Source of the DNA: Bdellovibrionota bacterium
GTDB taxonomy: Bacteria; Bdellovibrionota_C; UBA2361; OMII01
DNA length: 64,000 nt
Direction of reading: 5' to 3'
Assembly (NCBI GenBank): GCA_044351885.1
Contig: JBILEW010000001.1
Span: 30,315 to 94,314 of the forward strand
The translations under genes were made by a program, and so were the position numbers. A model generated the notes under the pieces. It did not search any database. It worked only from the letters and a program-made list of their open reading frames with translations, and was not told where the DNA came from. This document shows, one piece after another, positions 50,024 to 61,120 of this stretch (position 1 is its first letter; the number at the start of each line of letters is the position of its first letter).

Positions 50024-50491
50024 ATGGCAGAGACGCGCCCTAAGAACATCCTTGTAACAACTGACTTATCTCCCGACTCCGTGAAAGCATACCCGCATGC
50101 CCGAGCTCTTGCCGAGGCGTATGGAGCAAAGATTACAGTGCTGTGCTGCATAGACACATCGATTCAATTCGGCGTCGGAGGCGCATTCGACATGCCGGTG
50201 ACCTATGTCCCTGAAGCGCTGACAGCAGTCAAGGAAAGAACAGTTAAAGAACTCAAAGCTCACGTTGCCGAGCATTTTTTGCCCTCTTCCGCAGACCCGT
50301 GCGTCGAAGAGGCTCCCCATCCGGTACAAAGAACGATCGTGGATTTCATCAAGAACAATCCTGTAGACATGGTCGTAATCGCCTCGCACGGACGCTCGGG
50401 CATTGCACGCGCGCTCCTCGGTAGTGTCGCCGAGCAGGTAATTCGCAACTCTCCGAAACCTGTTTTGGTAGTCCCCGTAGCAGCTAGCTAG
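50024..50491 (+). CDS. uspA: Universal stress protein
   Basis: NILVTTDLSPDS...VVIASHGRSGIARALLGSVAEQVIRNSPKPVLVV. Confidence 0.85.
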   Translation: MAETRPKNILVTTDLSPDSVKAYPHARALAEAYGAKITVLCCIDTSIQFGVGGAFDMPVTYVPEALTAVKERTVKELKAHVAEHFLPSSADPCVEEAPHPVQRTIVDFIKNNPVDMVVIASHGRSGIARALLGSVAEQVIRNSPKPVLVVPVAAS

Positions 50492-50635
50492 GTAGGGAAG
50501 CAACGCAATCCTTTTTGGTCAGCGGACATTCCGCGCGCGTGTTCGTGAACGCAACTGTCCTCGTGAGCGAGCAACCCCCTTCAGTCGTAAAGGGAGGCCC
50601 CAATAGCCCCGGTGCATCGGTTTCACTAGCTCGGT

Positions 50636-51643
50636 GTGTGTGATAAATTGCCGATCATTCACATGGACTCGGACGGTATACAACGACACCCCAATAACAC
50701 CTTCTACTCCCTCTCCTGGGGATTGGTTGGCTACACAGTAGCGATAGTTCTGTGGGGAGCATGGGTTCGAATATCGGGCTCGGGAGATGGCTGTGGCGAT
50801 CACTGGCCTCTGTGCAATGGTCACTTCGTTCCCTCATCAGTGCCGACGAAAACCTGGGTTGAGTTCGCACACAGATTGTCTACCGGACTCTACGGAATCC
50901 TCGTTATTCTTCAACTCGCCGTTGCACGACGACAGTTCGAATCTCGTCACCCAGCGAGGACCTGGAGCACACTTACCTTGCTCTTCACGATCACAGAGGC
51001 TTTGATTGGCAGACAGCTTGTGACGATGGGTTTGGTCAACGAAAGCGTAGACACTGCTCGCGTAGTGGCCATGCCGTTGCACCTCGTCAACACAGCACTC
51101 TTACTCGGCTCTACGGTAATGACTGCCGAAGCGATCAAGTACGGGCATATCCCTCGCGTTACCCCCTCTTCCGAAGTCCGCCGACTACTCGGAATCCTAG
51201 CGGGAGTATTTTTGATACTTCTTACGACCGGCGCAGTGGCAGCACTTGGTGCTCACCTGACGCCCTCTCACTCTCTTCTTGCTGGCCTGACCAAGGATCT
51301 CTCCTCTGACTCGCACCTGGCCGTACGCTTACGCCTTCTGCATCCACTTTTGGCTTTACTCGGACCACTAGGGCTGTGGGCGATCCTCGAAAAGCTGAAA
51401 GAGCGCGCTCCATCCTCGTATTCACGCACGTTGTTTGGTCGATTGAGTGTGGTGCTCATAGTTGCCGTTTTAATCGGCATCTGCACACTGCTGACCCTCG
51501 CTCCGACGTGGCTCAAAATGGCTCACCTCTTGATGGCAAACGTGCTGATCGGTATGACGACACTCTGCATTTTTCACACACTACGCCCTTCTCAAAAAGG
51601 GTCGGCTGCAGAGCAGAGCTCCCTGCGTGCTGCGCGCGGATAA
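50636..51643 (+). CDS. ctaA: Heme A synthase (COX15/CtaA)
   Basis: WGAWVRISGSGDGCGDHWPLCNG plus paired His in TM helices. True start may be Met at 50663. Confidence 0.8.
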   Translation: MCDKLPIIHMDSDGIQRHPNNTFYSLSWGLVGYTVAIVLWGAWVRISGSGDGCGDHWPLCNGHFVPSSVPTKTWVEFAHRLSTGLYGILVILQLAVARRQFESRHPARTWSTLTLLFTITEALIGRQLVTMGLVNESVDTARVVAMPLHLVNTALLLGSTVMTAEAIKYGHIPRVTPSSEVRRLLGILAGVFLILLTTGAVAALGAHLTPSHSLLAGLTKDLSSDSHLAVRLRLLHPLLALLGPLGLWAILEKLKERAPSSYSRTLFGRLSVVLIVAVLIGICTLLTLAPTWLKMAHLLMANVLIGMTTLCIFHTLRPSQKGSAAEQSSLRAARG

Positions 51644-52440
51644 TCGGTAAGGATCAGATCGACTCCTTCCTCTCGGAGCTTAGACCAGTGCTCTGGTGTA
51701 TCCCCCATCTCATCCAGTGTTTTTACCATGATGAGGACACCCCGCTCACGGAGCTCGCCGAGCAACGGATGACTCAGCATGCTTTCGTCAACCTGAACTG
51801 CCCATGGGGGCTCACTGAGGAGACTCGTCAAGTCACTCGCTTGATAGACCCGCGCCATTATACGTACATCTGACTTCACATCACGCACGAGCTCGCATTC
51901 CACGGAGGGATCGCAGAAGAAAACGATTCGCTCGGCCAGCTTGCGCTTCATGATGTCCGAGATAAGCTGCTGGACATCGCTTCGGCTCACCCGATCCTTG
52001 AGGTCGATCTGCAGTATGAAAGTAGCGGCCTTCGTCGAATCGAGCGCTTTTGAGAAGGGCGGCAGACATCTCTGCTGCGCCCCCGCGACACATATCTTCT
52101 CCAGATCGGCCGAAGCTACACTGGAGAAAGGCTGGCCTAGAAGCCGCTCTGGGACATCCCAGGGACCTTCGGTGAGGCGCCTATCGTGGAACAGAAACGG
52201 CTCTCCATCCGAACTCCGACGCACGTCGACCTCGAGGATCTCCAGCCCATCTGCGACGGCAGCAGCTATCGCCGCAAGCGAATTATCCGGGACCCCGGCC
52301 TCACGAGCACCCGCTCGGTGCGCGACTATCCTCGGACACTCTTTCGAGGCCCTCCCTTCTTGCCCAATAAGAGGAGCAGAGCAGGCGCTGAAGGTCAGCG
52401 TACCAAGCAAAAGCCGTATGCAGAATAAATTGATCCTCAT
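51592..52440 (-). CDS. Glycerophosphodiester phosphodiesterase (periplasmic/lipoprotein)
   Basis: Signal peptide; IVAHRAG...PDNSLAAIAAAVADGLEILEVDVRRSSDGEPFLFHDRRL is the GDPD signature. Confidence 0.8.
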   Translation of the reverse strand: MRINLFCIRLLLGTLTFSACSAPLIGQEGRASKECPRIVAHRAGAREAGVPDNSLAAIAAAVADGLEILEVDVRRSSDGEPFLFHDRRLTEGPWDVPERLLGQPFSSVASADLEKICVAGAQQRCLPPFSKALDSTKAATFILQIDLKDRVSRSDVQQLISDIMKRKLAERIVFFCDPSVECELVRDVKSDVRIMARVYQASDLTSLLSEPPWAVQVDESMLSHPLLGELRERGVLIMVKTLDEMGDTPEHWSKLREEGVDLILTDYPRAARRELCSAADPF

Positions 52441-52535
52441 GCTCTCGAGGCCCCCGTGCGTTCACACACTAATAGTGCTCGCCCGAAAGCGATACTACAA
52501 GAGTAGCGAATTCAAACACTCGGGCGCTCTAAGAG

Positions 52536-53963
52536 CTACGAGCACTGACTCTCGAATCGCGGGATCTCTTCGGCCTTCACCTTGTTCTCCTTGTGGAGCT
52601 TCTGTGCGTTGGCCAAGAGCCGCTTGTCATCACGCGCCAACCTGCCGCCGCGCGCCTTTTTCAAAGCGCTTGCTGCTCGAGTGCTGAGTCCGAGGTGCTC
52701 CGTAGAACGCCGCTCAACGGCATCAATGTTGTCCTGCTGATCGATCTGAACACACCCTATACCCTCGCACTGAATGATCGTGGACGAGAACTTCGTCCAT
52801 ATCCCCTGCCACTGCAGCTTGTACAAAGCCGCAGATTGCCGCTTAAGGGAATCGGCGAGCGCGATGAGCGACTGGTTGTTCTTTGCATTGCGCTTTATGC
52901 GTCGGACGAACTGCTTAACATTCGCGTCCTGCTTGAGGGCATTGGTATCCAAGAAGGTCAGGATCTCTCCGATCGGGATCTCTTCGCATACAGGCCCAGT
53001 ACAGGGCTTGAAGCTCTCGGAGACCTCAACCATGGCGTCGCCGAGCACCCATACCAGGGAAGAGCCCGGAGGGAACACCGCGGTGAAGACGTTACTGAAC
53101 TGCCCCGGATTGAAGGTCTCCGGCTGTCCTCTGTCGACAGGAGCTGGATAGAATCCGTTGAACGCGCCTACTGCTACGCCTATCGGCTGATCGCCCGTGT
53201 TTCGATAACCGAAACGGGCCGAGTAACTGCCGTCAGAGTTCTTGTCCACACACTCAGCTATCGGTGTGAGCTTGGGCGTGACCACCTCGGGTGTCGGAGT
53301 GGCTGTCGGCTGCGGAGTCGGCGTCTTCGTGCATACTGGCGTCGGCGTCTTCGTACACACCGGGGTTGGGGTGCGCGTCGGCGTCTTCGTAAATACCGGG
53401 GTTGGGGTGCGCGTCGGCGTCTTCGTGCGTACTGGCGTCGGCGTTGGCGTCGGTTGCGGGCACGCATCGAAGACAAGTGGCGATACGCCCGTAGTGCGTG
53501 CAGGTAAATATCCGTGACTCACGTAGGGATTAGGAGACGTCGCATTGACGTACATGTTGCGATCCATCGTCGTTGCCCACGTCGGGAGCTTGAGCGAGAG
53601 ATACATGCAGCTCGGAGCACCGCAGATTCCGTTCGCCGGTGCAGGCAGATAGAACTGCGCTTGAACTACGACTGGCCCAGATTGATTGTCAGCCCTCGCA
53701 GTTATCGAGTGTAGCCCCTCCGTGTAGTCACACACGTACACATTCAGGGTGTCGCATCCCTTCTGCTCCGTCCATCCCGAGAGATACGGCCATGGATTGC
53801 TACAGCAGGAAGAACAGAATGGCACTCCCACACGTAGCTGAGCACTGGTCGAGGCCGCTATCCCCACCATAAGTACTGCAGCGACTACCAAACAAACTCG
53901 TTGAAATTGCCTACCAAAAGAATTCATCGTACTCACAGGAACTCCATTACCAGCTCTAAGCAT
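52536..53963 (-). CDS. Secreted protein with Cys-rich N-domain and Pro/Thr-rich tandem-repeat linker
   Basis: Signal peptide [30 protein letters not shown]. Linker [52 protein letters not shown]. Confidence 0.6.
   Translation of the reverse strand: MLRAGNGVPVSTMNSFGRQFQRVCLVVAAVLMVGIAASTSAQLRVGVPFCSSCCSNPWPYLSGWTEQKGCDTLNVYVCDYTEGLHSITARADNQSGPVVVQAQFYLPAPANGICGAPSCMYLSLKLPTWATTMDRNMYVNATSPNPYVSHGYLPARTTGVSPLVFDACPQPTPTPTPVRTKTPTRTPTPVFTKTPTRTPTPVCTKTPTPVCTKTPTPQPTATPTPEVVTPKLTPIAECVDKNSDGSYSARFGYRNTGDQPIGVAVGAFNGFYPAPVDRGQPETFNPGQFSNVFTAVFPPGSSLVWVLGDAMVEVSESFKPCTGPVCEEIPIGEILTFLDTNALKQDANVKQFVRRIKRNAKNNQSLIALADSLKRQSAALYKLQWQGIWTKFSSTIIQCEGIGCVQIDQQDNIDAVERRSTEHLGLSTRAASALKKARGGRLARDDKRLLANAQKLHKENKVKAEEIPRFESQCS
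53258..53480. repeat. Tandem repeat (about 4 x 33 nt) encoding the [11 protein letters not shown] linker
   Basis: Repeated GTCGGCGTCTTCGT(G/A)...ACTGGCGTCGGC / CCGGGGTTGGGGTGCGC units on the plus strand. Confidence 0.7.
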
Positions 53964-54424
53964 GAGCGCACCGCACCATCATCGCAGAGCGTCATTTCGT
54001 TTTGGACGACCAAAAAACCGGTGGCTTTTTACAGAAACAAAGGAACCTCGCACGAACGTGCAGCAAGCAAAAAGCCGACCTCAACTTTAGCAGATAACCA
54101 AACACTACTGAACAGAATCGCGGGCTTTTTCGCGTTTTACGGGGCCTTTTGATTATTCGCTCGAAAATGGAGAGTCGGAGTCGACACAAATTCGACCTAA
54201 TCTGTTCGAACCAGTTCGAATAATTACTAACCTACTCTTATAGAGGATAGCGCTCGCACTACGTTTGCATTTGCACACCAGTGGGAGAGCCTCGCAGTTT
54301 CATCCTGTACGAATCCGATCGAATCGGACCGCAGAGCAGGCCTCACTGAAAATTGGTGCACTTCCGCCCCTGCGCAACCTGTGAAACTTAGAGCGATTCA
54401 GGGGTGCGAGTACCGAGAGCACCC

Positions 54425-54471
54425 TCGTGCACGTGATCCTGTTCGTGCTCGTGAACGTCCCCGTGAGCGGA
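54425..54471. repeat. Degenerate copy 4 of the palindromic repeat family
   Basis: CTCGTGCACGTGATCCTGTTCGTGCTCGTGAACGTCCCCGTGAGCGG shares the CGTGCACGTGA / CGTGCTCGTGAACGT core. Confidence 0.45.
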
Positions 54472-54775
54472 AGAAGCTAATTTGCAGAGATGTTTGCGTA
54501 TGGAGTACGCACGGGTCTGCCAGCACGCTCATGGGAGTTCTCCAACTCCGGTATCCTAGCTTCGCGACTTGGTGAGCTTCCGTCACGCCACTCAAAACCA
54601 AACGATGTTAGCAAGCTTTCCACGTCGGTCGGCTCTCTCTTCGCATCGAAGGTTCAATACACGACCTTAGAGCGTGCAAACGGGGTTGTATCCAAAGAGG
54701 TCCCCATGGCAAGACAGCTGTCATATCTTCTGGTATAACTCACTGAAATTTTTTGGGAGTTGCTGGGCTCCAGCC

Positions 54776-56575
54776 ATGAACAAACCCTCCTCATCGACGA
54801 CCCTCTCATCAATCCTCGTGCTCACGCGCGCGACCTGGCACGCTACAGCCGGCGATCGGGTCCGATTCTTCAGCTTCATCTTCCTCTCGCTCTTCGCATA
54901 TTCAGTCGAGCTTTTGATTCCCTGGGCGATCGGATGGACCCTTGGGGTATTCGTTAAGAGTGGAATTACCCCCGAGGCGTTTCAAGAGGCCTTGAAAGGG
55001 ATCGTCGCGTACGTGGTCCTGCGAATGATATTCGCGACCTCTCACCACGTTGCGCGGTATCTCCAAGGCACGGCTGCCTATTCAGCGCGTTTCAGAAAAC
55101 TAGAGGAGGTGTTCGGCGCACTTCTCAGCTTTCCTCTGAAATGGCACGTCCATCACCACTCGGGCGAAAATTTAAGCCGCCTCCACCGGTCCGTAGGTGC
55201 CATCGAGCAGGTTATCAACAACTACATCTGGCAGATCATCGACGGTATCGTAAAATTCCTCTTCGCTACCATCGCGATCTTTGCCCTCGACTTCGAAGTT
55301 GCCCTGACCGTGCTCCTGATGGGCTTCGTTACAGTCATGGTGATGATCCTCTTCAACGCGCGCCTCACCAAGAACATTCGCAAAAACAACCGCTTCTACG
55401 ACAGGCTCAATCGGACGTGCGTCGACTATCTCTCGAACATCATCACCGTAAAGACTTTGCGCCTGGAGAAACCGGCCAATGACTACCTGACACAACAGCG
55501 CTCCGAAGGATTCCGCCTGTGTCGTAAGATCTGGAAGTACCAAGAGCTCAAGTGGGGGACTATCGCTGTAGGGTACAGCCTCGTCATGGGGGCCTCCCTC
55601 TATATTTATTTCCAAAACCATACGTCTCTCGGACAGGCGTTCGAAGTGGCACAGGTGTATGTGCTACTGAACTACCTCGACCGCATCTTCGGTGCCATCT
55701 CCTCCTTCACGGGCTACTACGGTGCTGTTATCGAATCCTCGATTGCGTACGACGATGCGTCCTCGTTCCTCTCGGAGTCAGCAGAACTACGCGCTCCTTC
55801 GCGAGCGAGCCGAATCCCCCGAGAATGGGACACCCTCGAATTGAAAGAGGTCGAATTCTCGTATGGCGGTGAGTTTCCGAATCTCCGATCCGTGGAGATC
55901 GACATCCGTCGAGGCGAAAAGATCGCGTTGGTGGGCCCCAGCGGAGGCGGCAAATCGACCCTCCTCAAGGTTCTCGCCGGTATGCTAGCGGTGCAAAAGG
56001 GCTGGGCTCGCAGTGCAAACGGCGAGCAATTCACCGTCGACGACGTCGCCGGGATCAGCATCCTCGTGCCTCAGGAACCCGAGATCTTCTCGGAGACGGT
56101 GCGCTACAATTTGAGTTTTGGTCAGGATTTTACGGCTGAGCAGCTTCAGAAAGCGATCGAGATCTGCCGTATTGATCACCTCCTGGAGAAACTCTCCGAT
56201 GGATGGGACAGCAACCTTGAGGAAGCCGGATTGAACATCTCGGTCGGGGAGCGTCAACGCTTGGCGTTGGCGCGAGGAATCCTGCGAGTACCTGGCAAAG
56301 ACATCCTACTCCTGGACGAGCCCACATCCAGCCTCGATCCTCTCACCGAAAAACAGATCTTCGCGGGAATTCTGCACACTTTCTCGGACCTCACGGTCAT
56401 AACTGCGTGTCACCGTCTGGCGCTCGTACCGATGTTCGATCGGATAATATACATCAAGGACGGGCGTGTCGAAGAGGTCGGCTCATTCCCCGAGCTTCGG
56501 GCTGCGGGGAGGGCATTTTCCGCAGCATGGGCAGATTACGAGCGCACCGTAGTGAGCGGGGACTCAACTGTGTAA
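54776..56575 (+). CDS. ABC exporter, fused permease-ATPase (type I exporter; NdvA/ChvA-like by position)
   Basis: Six-TM domain, then Walker A GPSGGGKST, signature LSVGERQRLALARG, Walker B LLLDEPTSSLD. The ORF track starts at 54674; Met at 54776 is preferred. Confidence 0.8.
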   Translation: MNKPSSSTTLSSILVLTRATWHATAGDRVRFFSFIFLSLFAYSVELLIPWAIGWTLGVFVKSGITPEAFQEALKGIVAYVVLRMIFATSHHVARYLQGTAAYSARFRKLEEVFGALLSFPLKWHVHHHSGENLSRLHRSVGAIEQVINNYIWQIIDGIVKFLFATIAIFALDFEVALTVLLMGFVTVMVMILFNARLTKNIRKNNRFYDRLNRTCVDYLSNIITVKTLRLEKPANDYLTQQRSEGFRLCRKIWKYQELKWGTIAVGYSLVMGASLYIYFQNHTSLGQAFEVAQVYVLLNYLDRIFGAISSFTGYYGAVIESSIAYDDASSFLSESAELRAPSRASRIPREWDTLELKEVEFSYGGEFPNLRSVEIDIRRGEKIALVGPSGGGKSTLLKVLAGMLAVQKGWARSANGEQFTVDDVAGISILVPQEPEIFSETVRYNLSFGQDFTAEQLQKAIEICRIDHLLEKLSDGWDSNLEEAGLNISVGERQRLALARGILRVPGKDILLLDEPTSSLDPLTEKQIFAGILHTFSDLTVITACHRLALVPMFDRIIYIKDGRVEEVGSFPELRAAGRAFSAAWADYERTVVSGDSTV

Positions 56576-56578
56576 CGT

Positions 56579-58246
56579 ATGACGCAAATAGATCGGAACG
56601 TCATCAGGCGATTTATCACTCTCGCCACCCCGTTCTTCAGGTCGGAGTCCAAGTGGAAAGTCTGGGCTCTCGTAGCTCTCCTACTCGGGCTCTCCCTTAC
56701 TCTGAACAGTATCGGAGCTGGGATGAGTTACATCAGCCGCGACTTCATGACAGCTTTGAGCCTCAAGAACTCCGAGCAGTTCTTCGAGAAGATGTGGCTC
56801 TACATTGTCGCTTTCACTTTGGCGATCCCCTTCGCTGTATCCTACATGTACACCGAGCAACGCCTCAGCCTTCTGTGGCGGCGGTGGCTCAGTCACTACA
56901 TTTTGGAGCGTTACTTTTCGAATCGAGTCTACTATCACCTCAACCTGCGTGGAGAGATAGACAACCCGGATCAACGCATCGAGGAGGACGTGCGCTCCTT
57001 TTGTTCGCAAACGCTCATGTTTGCGCTGATCCTTTTCAATTCCTCGGTGCAGCTGTGCTTGTACATATATGTACTATGGTCCATTTCGTGGATCTTGGTG
57101 CTCGCTGCCGCTCTCTATGCGCTGGGGGGCTCGATCGTGACCTACTTCCTCGGTCGTCCACTTGTAGGATTAAACTTTCTCCAGTTCAAGAAGGAAGCTG
57201 ATTATCGTTATAAGCTCATCAATGTGCGGGACAGTGCTGAATCGATTGCATTCTACGGGCACGAGGGCCAGGAATTCACTCGCACTCGACAACGTCTGAA
57301 GGCAGCGCTGGACAATGCACTGAAGGTCATCAACTGGAATCGTAATTTGAAATTTTTCACAGAGGGCTACAATTATCTACTGCCGATTCTACCGACTATC
57401 CTGGTAGCACCACTCTTCTTCAACGGCGAGATCGAGCTCGGAGTGGTGTATCAAGCGGGAGGCGCGTTCGGCGTCGTGACAGCAGCGCTGTCGATCGTAG
57501 TAAACAAGTTCTTCGATCTTAGTGTATTCGCTGCCGTAACCAACCGCCTCGGTTCTTTCTGTGAGGCAATGGAGCGAAGCAGCGAACCTCTGGCGAGTGG
57601 CGATCGAGTTTCAGTGATCAAAGGAGATCACCTTGAGTTGAAGGGGGTAACCATCTGGACTCCGCGCCGAGAGCAGGCCCTGATTCGCAACCTAACCTTC
57701 GCGTTTCACGGCAGATCGCTTCTGCTCTCAGGCCCAAGTGGAAGCGGGAAGAGCTCCATTTTACGGGTTATCGCCGGGCTGTGGGACACTGGATCTGGAC
57801 GGATTATTCGACCCGACCTCGACGAAGCTCTCTTCATTCCCCAGAGGCCCTACATGATCCTCGGCTCTCTCCGATCGCAGCTCACCTACGGTACGAAGCG
57901 TAAAGGCATCCTCGACCGCGAATTATTCGAAGTTCTCGAAAGGGTAAAGCTCAGCGAAATGGCTCAAAGAGTCGGAGGTTTGGACGCAGTGCTGGATTGG
58001 CCGAACATCCTCGGAACGGGGGAACAGCAACGATTGGCCTTCGCTCGAATCCTGCTCATCAAGCCAAAGATCGTATTTCTCGACGAGGCGACCACTGCCA
58101 TCGATTCGTCGAGTGAACGGGATCTGTACGGGATCCTTCCCACTATAGTCGAACGCTATGTGAGCACTGGGAATGCTCAGAACCTCGAGACGTATCACGA
58201 ACACGTTCTCGAACTTACCGGAGATGGTACATGGCGTTATCGTTGA
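56579..58246 (+). CDS. ABC transporter, ABCD-type (PF06472-like permease fused to ATPase)
   Basis: EADYRYKLINVRDSAESIAFYGHEGQE is the ABCD-family EAA-like block. Walker A GPSGSGKSS, signature LGTGEQQRLAFARIL. Start 4 nt after the previous stop. Confidence 0.8.
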   Translation: MTQIDRNVIRRFITLATPFFRSESKWKVWALVALLLGLSLTLNSIGAGMSYISRDFMTALSLKNSEQFFEKMWLYIVAFTLAIPFAVSYMYTEQRLSLLWRRWLSHYILERYFSNRVYYHLNLRGEIDNPDQRIEEDVRSFCSQTLMFALILFNSSVQLCLYIYVLWSISWILVLAAALYALGGSIVTYFLGRPLVGLNFLQFKKEADYRYKLINVRDSAESIAFYGHEGQEFTRTRQRLKAALDNALKVINWNRNLKFFTEGYNYLLPILPTILVAPLFFNGEIELGVVYQAGGAFGVVTAALSIVVNKFFDLSVFAAVTNRLGSFCEAMERSSEPLASGDRVSVIKGDHLELKGVTIWTPRREQALIRNLTFAFHGRSLLLSGPSGSGKSSILRVIAGLWDTGSGRIIRPDLDEALFIPQRPYMILGSLRSQLTYGTKRKGILDRELFEVLERVKLSEMAQRVGGLDAVLDWPNILGTGEQQRLAFARILLIKPKIVFLDEATTAIDSSSERDLYGILPTIVERYVSTGNAQNLETYHEHVLELTGDGTWRYR

Positions 58247-60927
58247 GAATACCCATGCTGGTCGGCCTCGTGTGTGCGACACACGTGGCGGCCGCTGCGC
58301 AAGAAAGGGTAAAGGAGTCTATCTTCGAAGATTGCGAGAACGCAAAGAAGGAGTTCGCTGCTCTTGACGAGCCGTCCCGTGCCCCCTTGTTCGAGTATCT
58401 GAGTCGTGTCGTGGCGCTCAACGCACAATCACCTGATGTAGCAGAAGCGTTCGTCGTTCTACCTGGTGCGTCGAAGGGCACTGACGTCATGGCACCGGGC
58501 GCGCCGAAAGGCGCGGATCTCTCCACTGGTGGCTTATGGCAAGCGGTCGATGCGAAGCGAGAGCTCAAGGCGAAGCGTTGCGCCTTGGAGATCCTGTCCC
58601 TAGCTGGCAAATCAGCCCTGAGCGCAGTTCCATCGCTTGCGGCGATTTACCACGACCAGAGCTTGAGCGACGAGATTGCAGTAGCCCTTGAGGAAACCAT
58701 CGCAGACATCGCTGAACAGGCCCACAAGAGTGGACTGAGCCCTTCGGACAAGGATCTCGATGCCTTCATACCGCATCTGGTCGGCGCACGCCCATTGGTA
58801 GCTCGAAACATCCTGACTGAGTATCTGGTGATAGCTCTGCCTCGGATACTACAGTACTTCTCTACGGCTACGGAATCCGCACAAGACGCGATCACGGACT
58901 TTCTGCGAGTAGTCGATCCGGATGGGAGCCGCGTCATGAGAACATTCATCGAGCGTGCACCAGCACTTGCGCCGAAAGACGCGGTCCGCATGGCCACAAA
59001 GCTCCCCTTTCCCTCTCGGGATGCGCTGTCGACCTTGACGAAAGACCTCGCCACACTGGCGGTAGGCGTAGAGAGCTCGGAGATATTTGCGCCAGTGCTC
59101 GGTAGGGCCTGCCTTGTGCTCGGAAAATTGAACTCCGAGATCTCTCAAATCATCGCCCCTTCATCCAGCTTGATACAGAGCGAAACCCTCGATCTAGATT
59201 CTCTACGATGCCTGGTTGCATCAACCCAGTCTTTGGCTCGTGCTGTACCCGCACTAGCTCTCTCGGCTGATCAGCCGAACGTCGATCGGGGACTGGCGCT
59301 CTTGTCGAGTGCACTTCCGCATCTCGATCAGGAGGCGAGGAACTCGACGTTCTCGCACCTCAGAGGACTAGCTGTCCGCCCCGGGCCGTATCAATCTCGA
59401 TCGATCCCGCTACTGGCGCTGTTTCACGAGAGAAAACCCGAGGCGCTCGCTACATACACACAGCTCCTGTCAGGGCCAGTGGCTTCTTCGCTCGATGCAA
59501 CCCCCCTTCGTCAAGAGATCTTTGCAGCCTTGAGCGAAATGGAGCTTCCGAAGGACAACACCAAGCTCGCCACAGCGACGCGCAGCGTCCTCCTGAGTGA
59601 TCCCGAAAACGCCGCAGCCTTGAAAGTAGCAGAGAAGATTCAACTTACCCCTTCCGAGCTCATATCCCTCGTTTCAAGGGAGCACCCCGAGCGCTCGCGC
59701 GCGATAGTACGCCTACTCGCAGCTCGCAAAGTGACAGACAAGCGCCTCCTCTCTCCGCTGGTGGAGCTCCTGCGCGCACCTGAAGTCTACACAGATCTTC
59801 GTCCGATTCTCCTTTCTTACAAGGCAACACTCGCGCCGACGGTACGGAAGATCCTGCCCAAGCTTACGGGTAACGCGCGACTCATGACGCTCAGCTTGCT
59901 GGAGTCCAGTGGCTCCATCTCCAAACAAGAATTAGGAGAGATCGTCACTCTCCTCATGTCAGACAACTGCGCGCCGATTGATCTCATCCCTGATGGTGTG
60001 GTGACGCTGCTTTCGCGCAACGACATCCAAAGCACGGCCCGCTCGGCACTTGAAAAGAAAATAGGCGTGTGCGCCTCCGAGATTTCGACCCACTCTTTCG
60101 AGGTGCTACTGGCCGGCACCTCTGGACTCGCTGTTCCTGACAATGACGCCTTGCAAAAAGGGCTGGCAGCAGATCTCGTGCCAAGGGAAACAATCTCGAA
60201 GCTCCTGGATTACATGGACACGCACGAGATCCCCGTCGAGATACGCTCCTCGGTACTCGAGTGGTCCTTGCTAAAAGGAGATATCTCCCTGCGAGACCAC
60301 GCATTGCGCTCGTTCAGGAGTTCAGACTCTCCACGGGCACTCTCCCTTATTCGGACACTGGCTTCCGAGTCGCCACCGGAAAGCGATGCAGGCACGACCT
60401 CTCGAATCGCCTTGGCTCGCATCGGCGACACCGAATACGATTGGAAGGATTTCATTCGATCCACCATCGAACGGGCAGGCAACGGTGAGGATGTTACGAA
60501 CTCTATGCGGGTACTAGTGAGCCTACCGGCAGAGATGGTACTCGCCGAGGTCGGGCCAGCCCTCGACAGTAGCTCTGCCGGTAAGGTCGCTGGGGCGTGC
60601 CAGGTGGGAGCAGCTCTCGGCCAGCAGGCGATTCCAATCGTCTCCAAAATTTGGCATCTACGCGAGAAGCGCACGCCCTCAATTCGTTATGCGGCCGTAC
60701 TGGCGTTGCTCCAAATCAACCCCTTGACTCCCGACCTTCAAGACCATCTCCGGCTCATCCTGGTCAACAGATATTTCGACCACGCCCTTTCTAGGGCCAT
60801 CAAATGGAGCCAGACCGTGGCAGTTGTGGATCTTCAAAAGGAGCCGTTTGGGACGCTCCGAACGGTACACCTGGAGCGTCTCCTCGCAAAATCCACGACG
60901 CCTGTCTCAACCCATAAACCTCAATAA
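58231..60927 (+). CDS. Large secreted alpha-helical repeat protein (898 aa, HEAT/ARM-like), unknown function
   Basis: Signal peptide MALSLRIPMLVGLVCATHVAAAAQ. Long Leu/Ala-rich helical repeats. 16-nt overlap with the ABCD-type gene. Confidence 0.6.
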   Translation: MALSLRIPMLVGLVCATHVAAAAQERVKESIFEDCENAKKEFAALDEPSRAPLFEYLSRVVALNAQSPDVAEAFVVLPGASKGTDVMAPGAPKGADLSTGGLWQAVDAKRELKAKRCALEILSLAGKSALSAVPSLAAIYHDQSLSDEIAVALEETIADIAEQAHKSGLSPSDKDLDAFIPHLVGARPLVARNILTEYLVIALPRILQYFSTATESAQDAITDFLRVVDPDGSRVMRTFIERAPALAPKDAVRMATKLPFPSRDALSTLTKDLATLAVGVESSEIFAPVLGRACLVLGKLNSEISQIIAPSSSLIQSETLDLDSLRCLVASTQSLARAVPALALSADQPNVDRGLALLSSALPHLDQEARNSTFSHLRGLAVRPGPYQSRSIPLLALFHERKPEALATYTQLLSGPVASSLDATPLRQEIFAALSEMELPKDNTKLATATRSVLLSDPENAAALKVAEKIQLTPSELISLVSREHPERSRAIVRLLAARKVTDKRLLSPLVELLRAPEVYTDLRPILLSYKATLAPTVRKILPKLTGNARLMTLSLLESSGSISKQELGEIVTLLMSDNCAPIDLIPDGVVTLLSRNDIQSTARSALEKKIGVCASEISTHSFEVLLAGTSGLAVPDNDALQKGLAADLVPRETISKLLDYMDTHEIPVEIRSSVLEWSLLKGDISLRDHALRSFRSSDSPRALSLIRTLASESPPESDAGTTSRIALARIGDTEYDWKDFIRSTIERAGNGEDVTNSMRVLVSLPAEMVLAEVGPALDSSSAGKVAGACQVGAALGQQAIPIVSKIWHLREKRTPSIRYAAVLALLQINPLTPDLQDHLRLILVNRYFDHALSRAIKWSQTVAVVDLQKEPFGTLRTVHLERLLAKSTTPVSTHKPQ

Positions 60928-61120
60928 TTATTTAACAAAAACGCCAACCTCTGGTGACGAGCTGCACGTGCCTTGTGTATAATTCCGGAGCACCGCCGCG
61001 GAATGGAGATCCTTGGTACGATCGAGAACTCACGAACGCGGCACGTTTGACGTTTACCACTGAAGGCTTGGCAGCGTGACGTACCCTTTCCTCATCATAT
61101 CTCAACGGATCCGCTCGACG

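Noticed and set aside
52593-53507. 304-aa plus-strand ORF and 53242..53517 ORF (GVGV repeats)
   Set aside because: Antisense and alternate-frame reading of the PT-rich tandem repeat inside the secreted protein gene.
4900-54470. Possible CRISPR array suggested by the recurring CACGTGAACGTG motifs
   Set aside because: Copies are tens of kb apart, palindromic and of unequal length, and not regularly spaced with unique spacers. They are dispersed REP/MITE-like elements.
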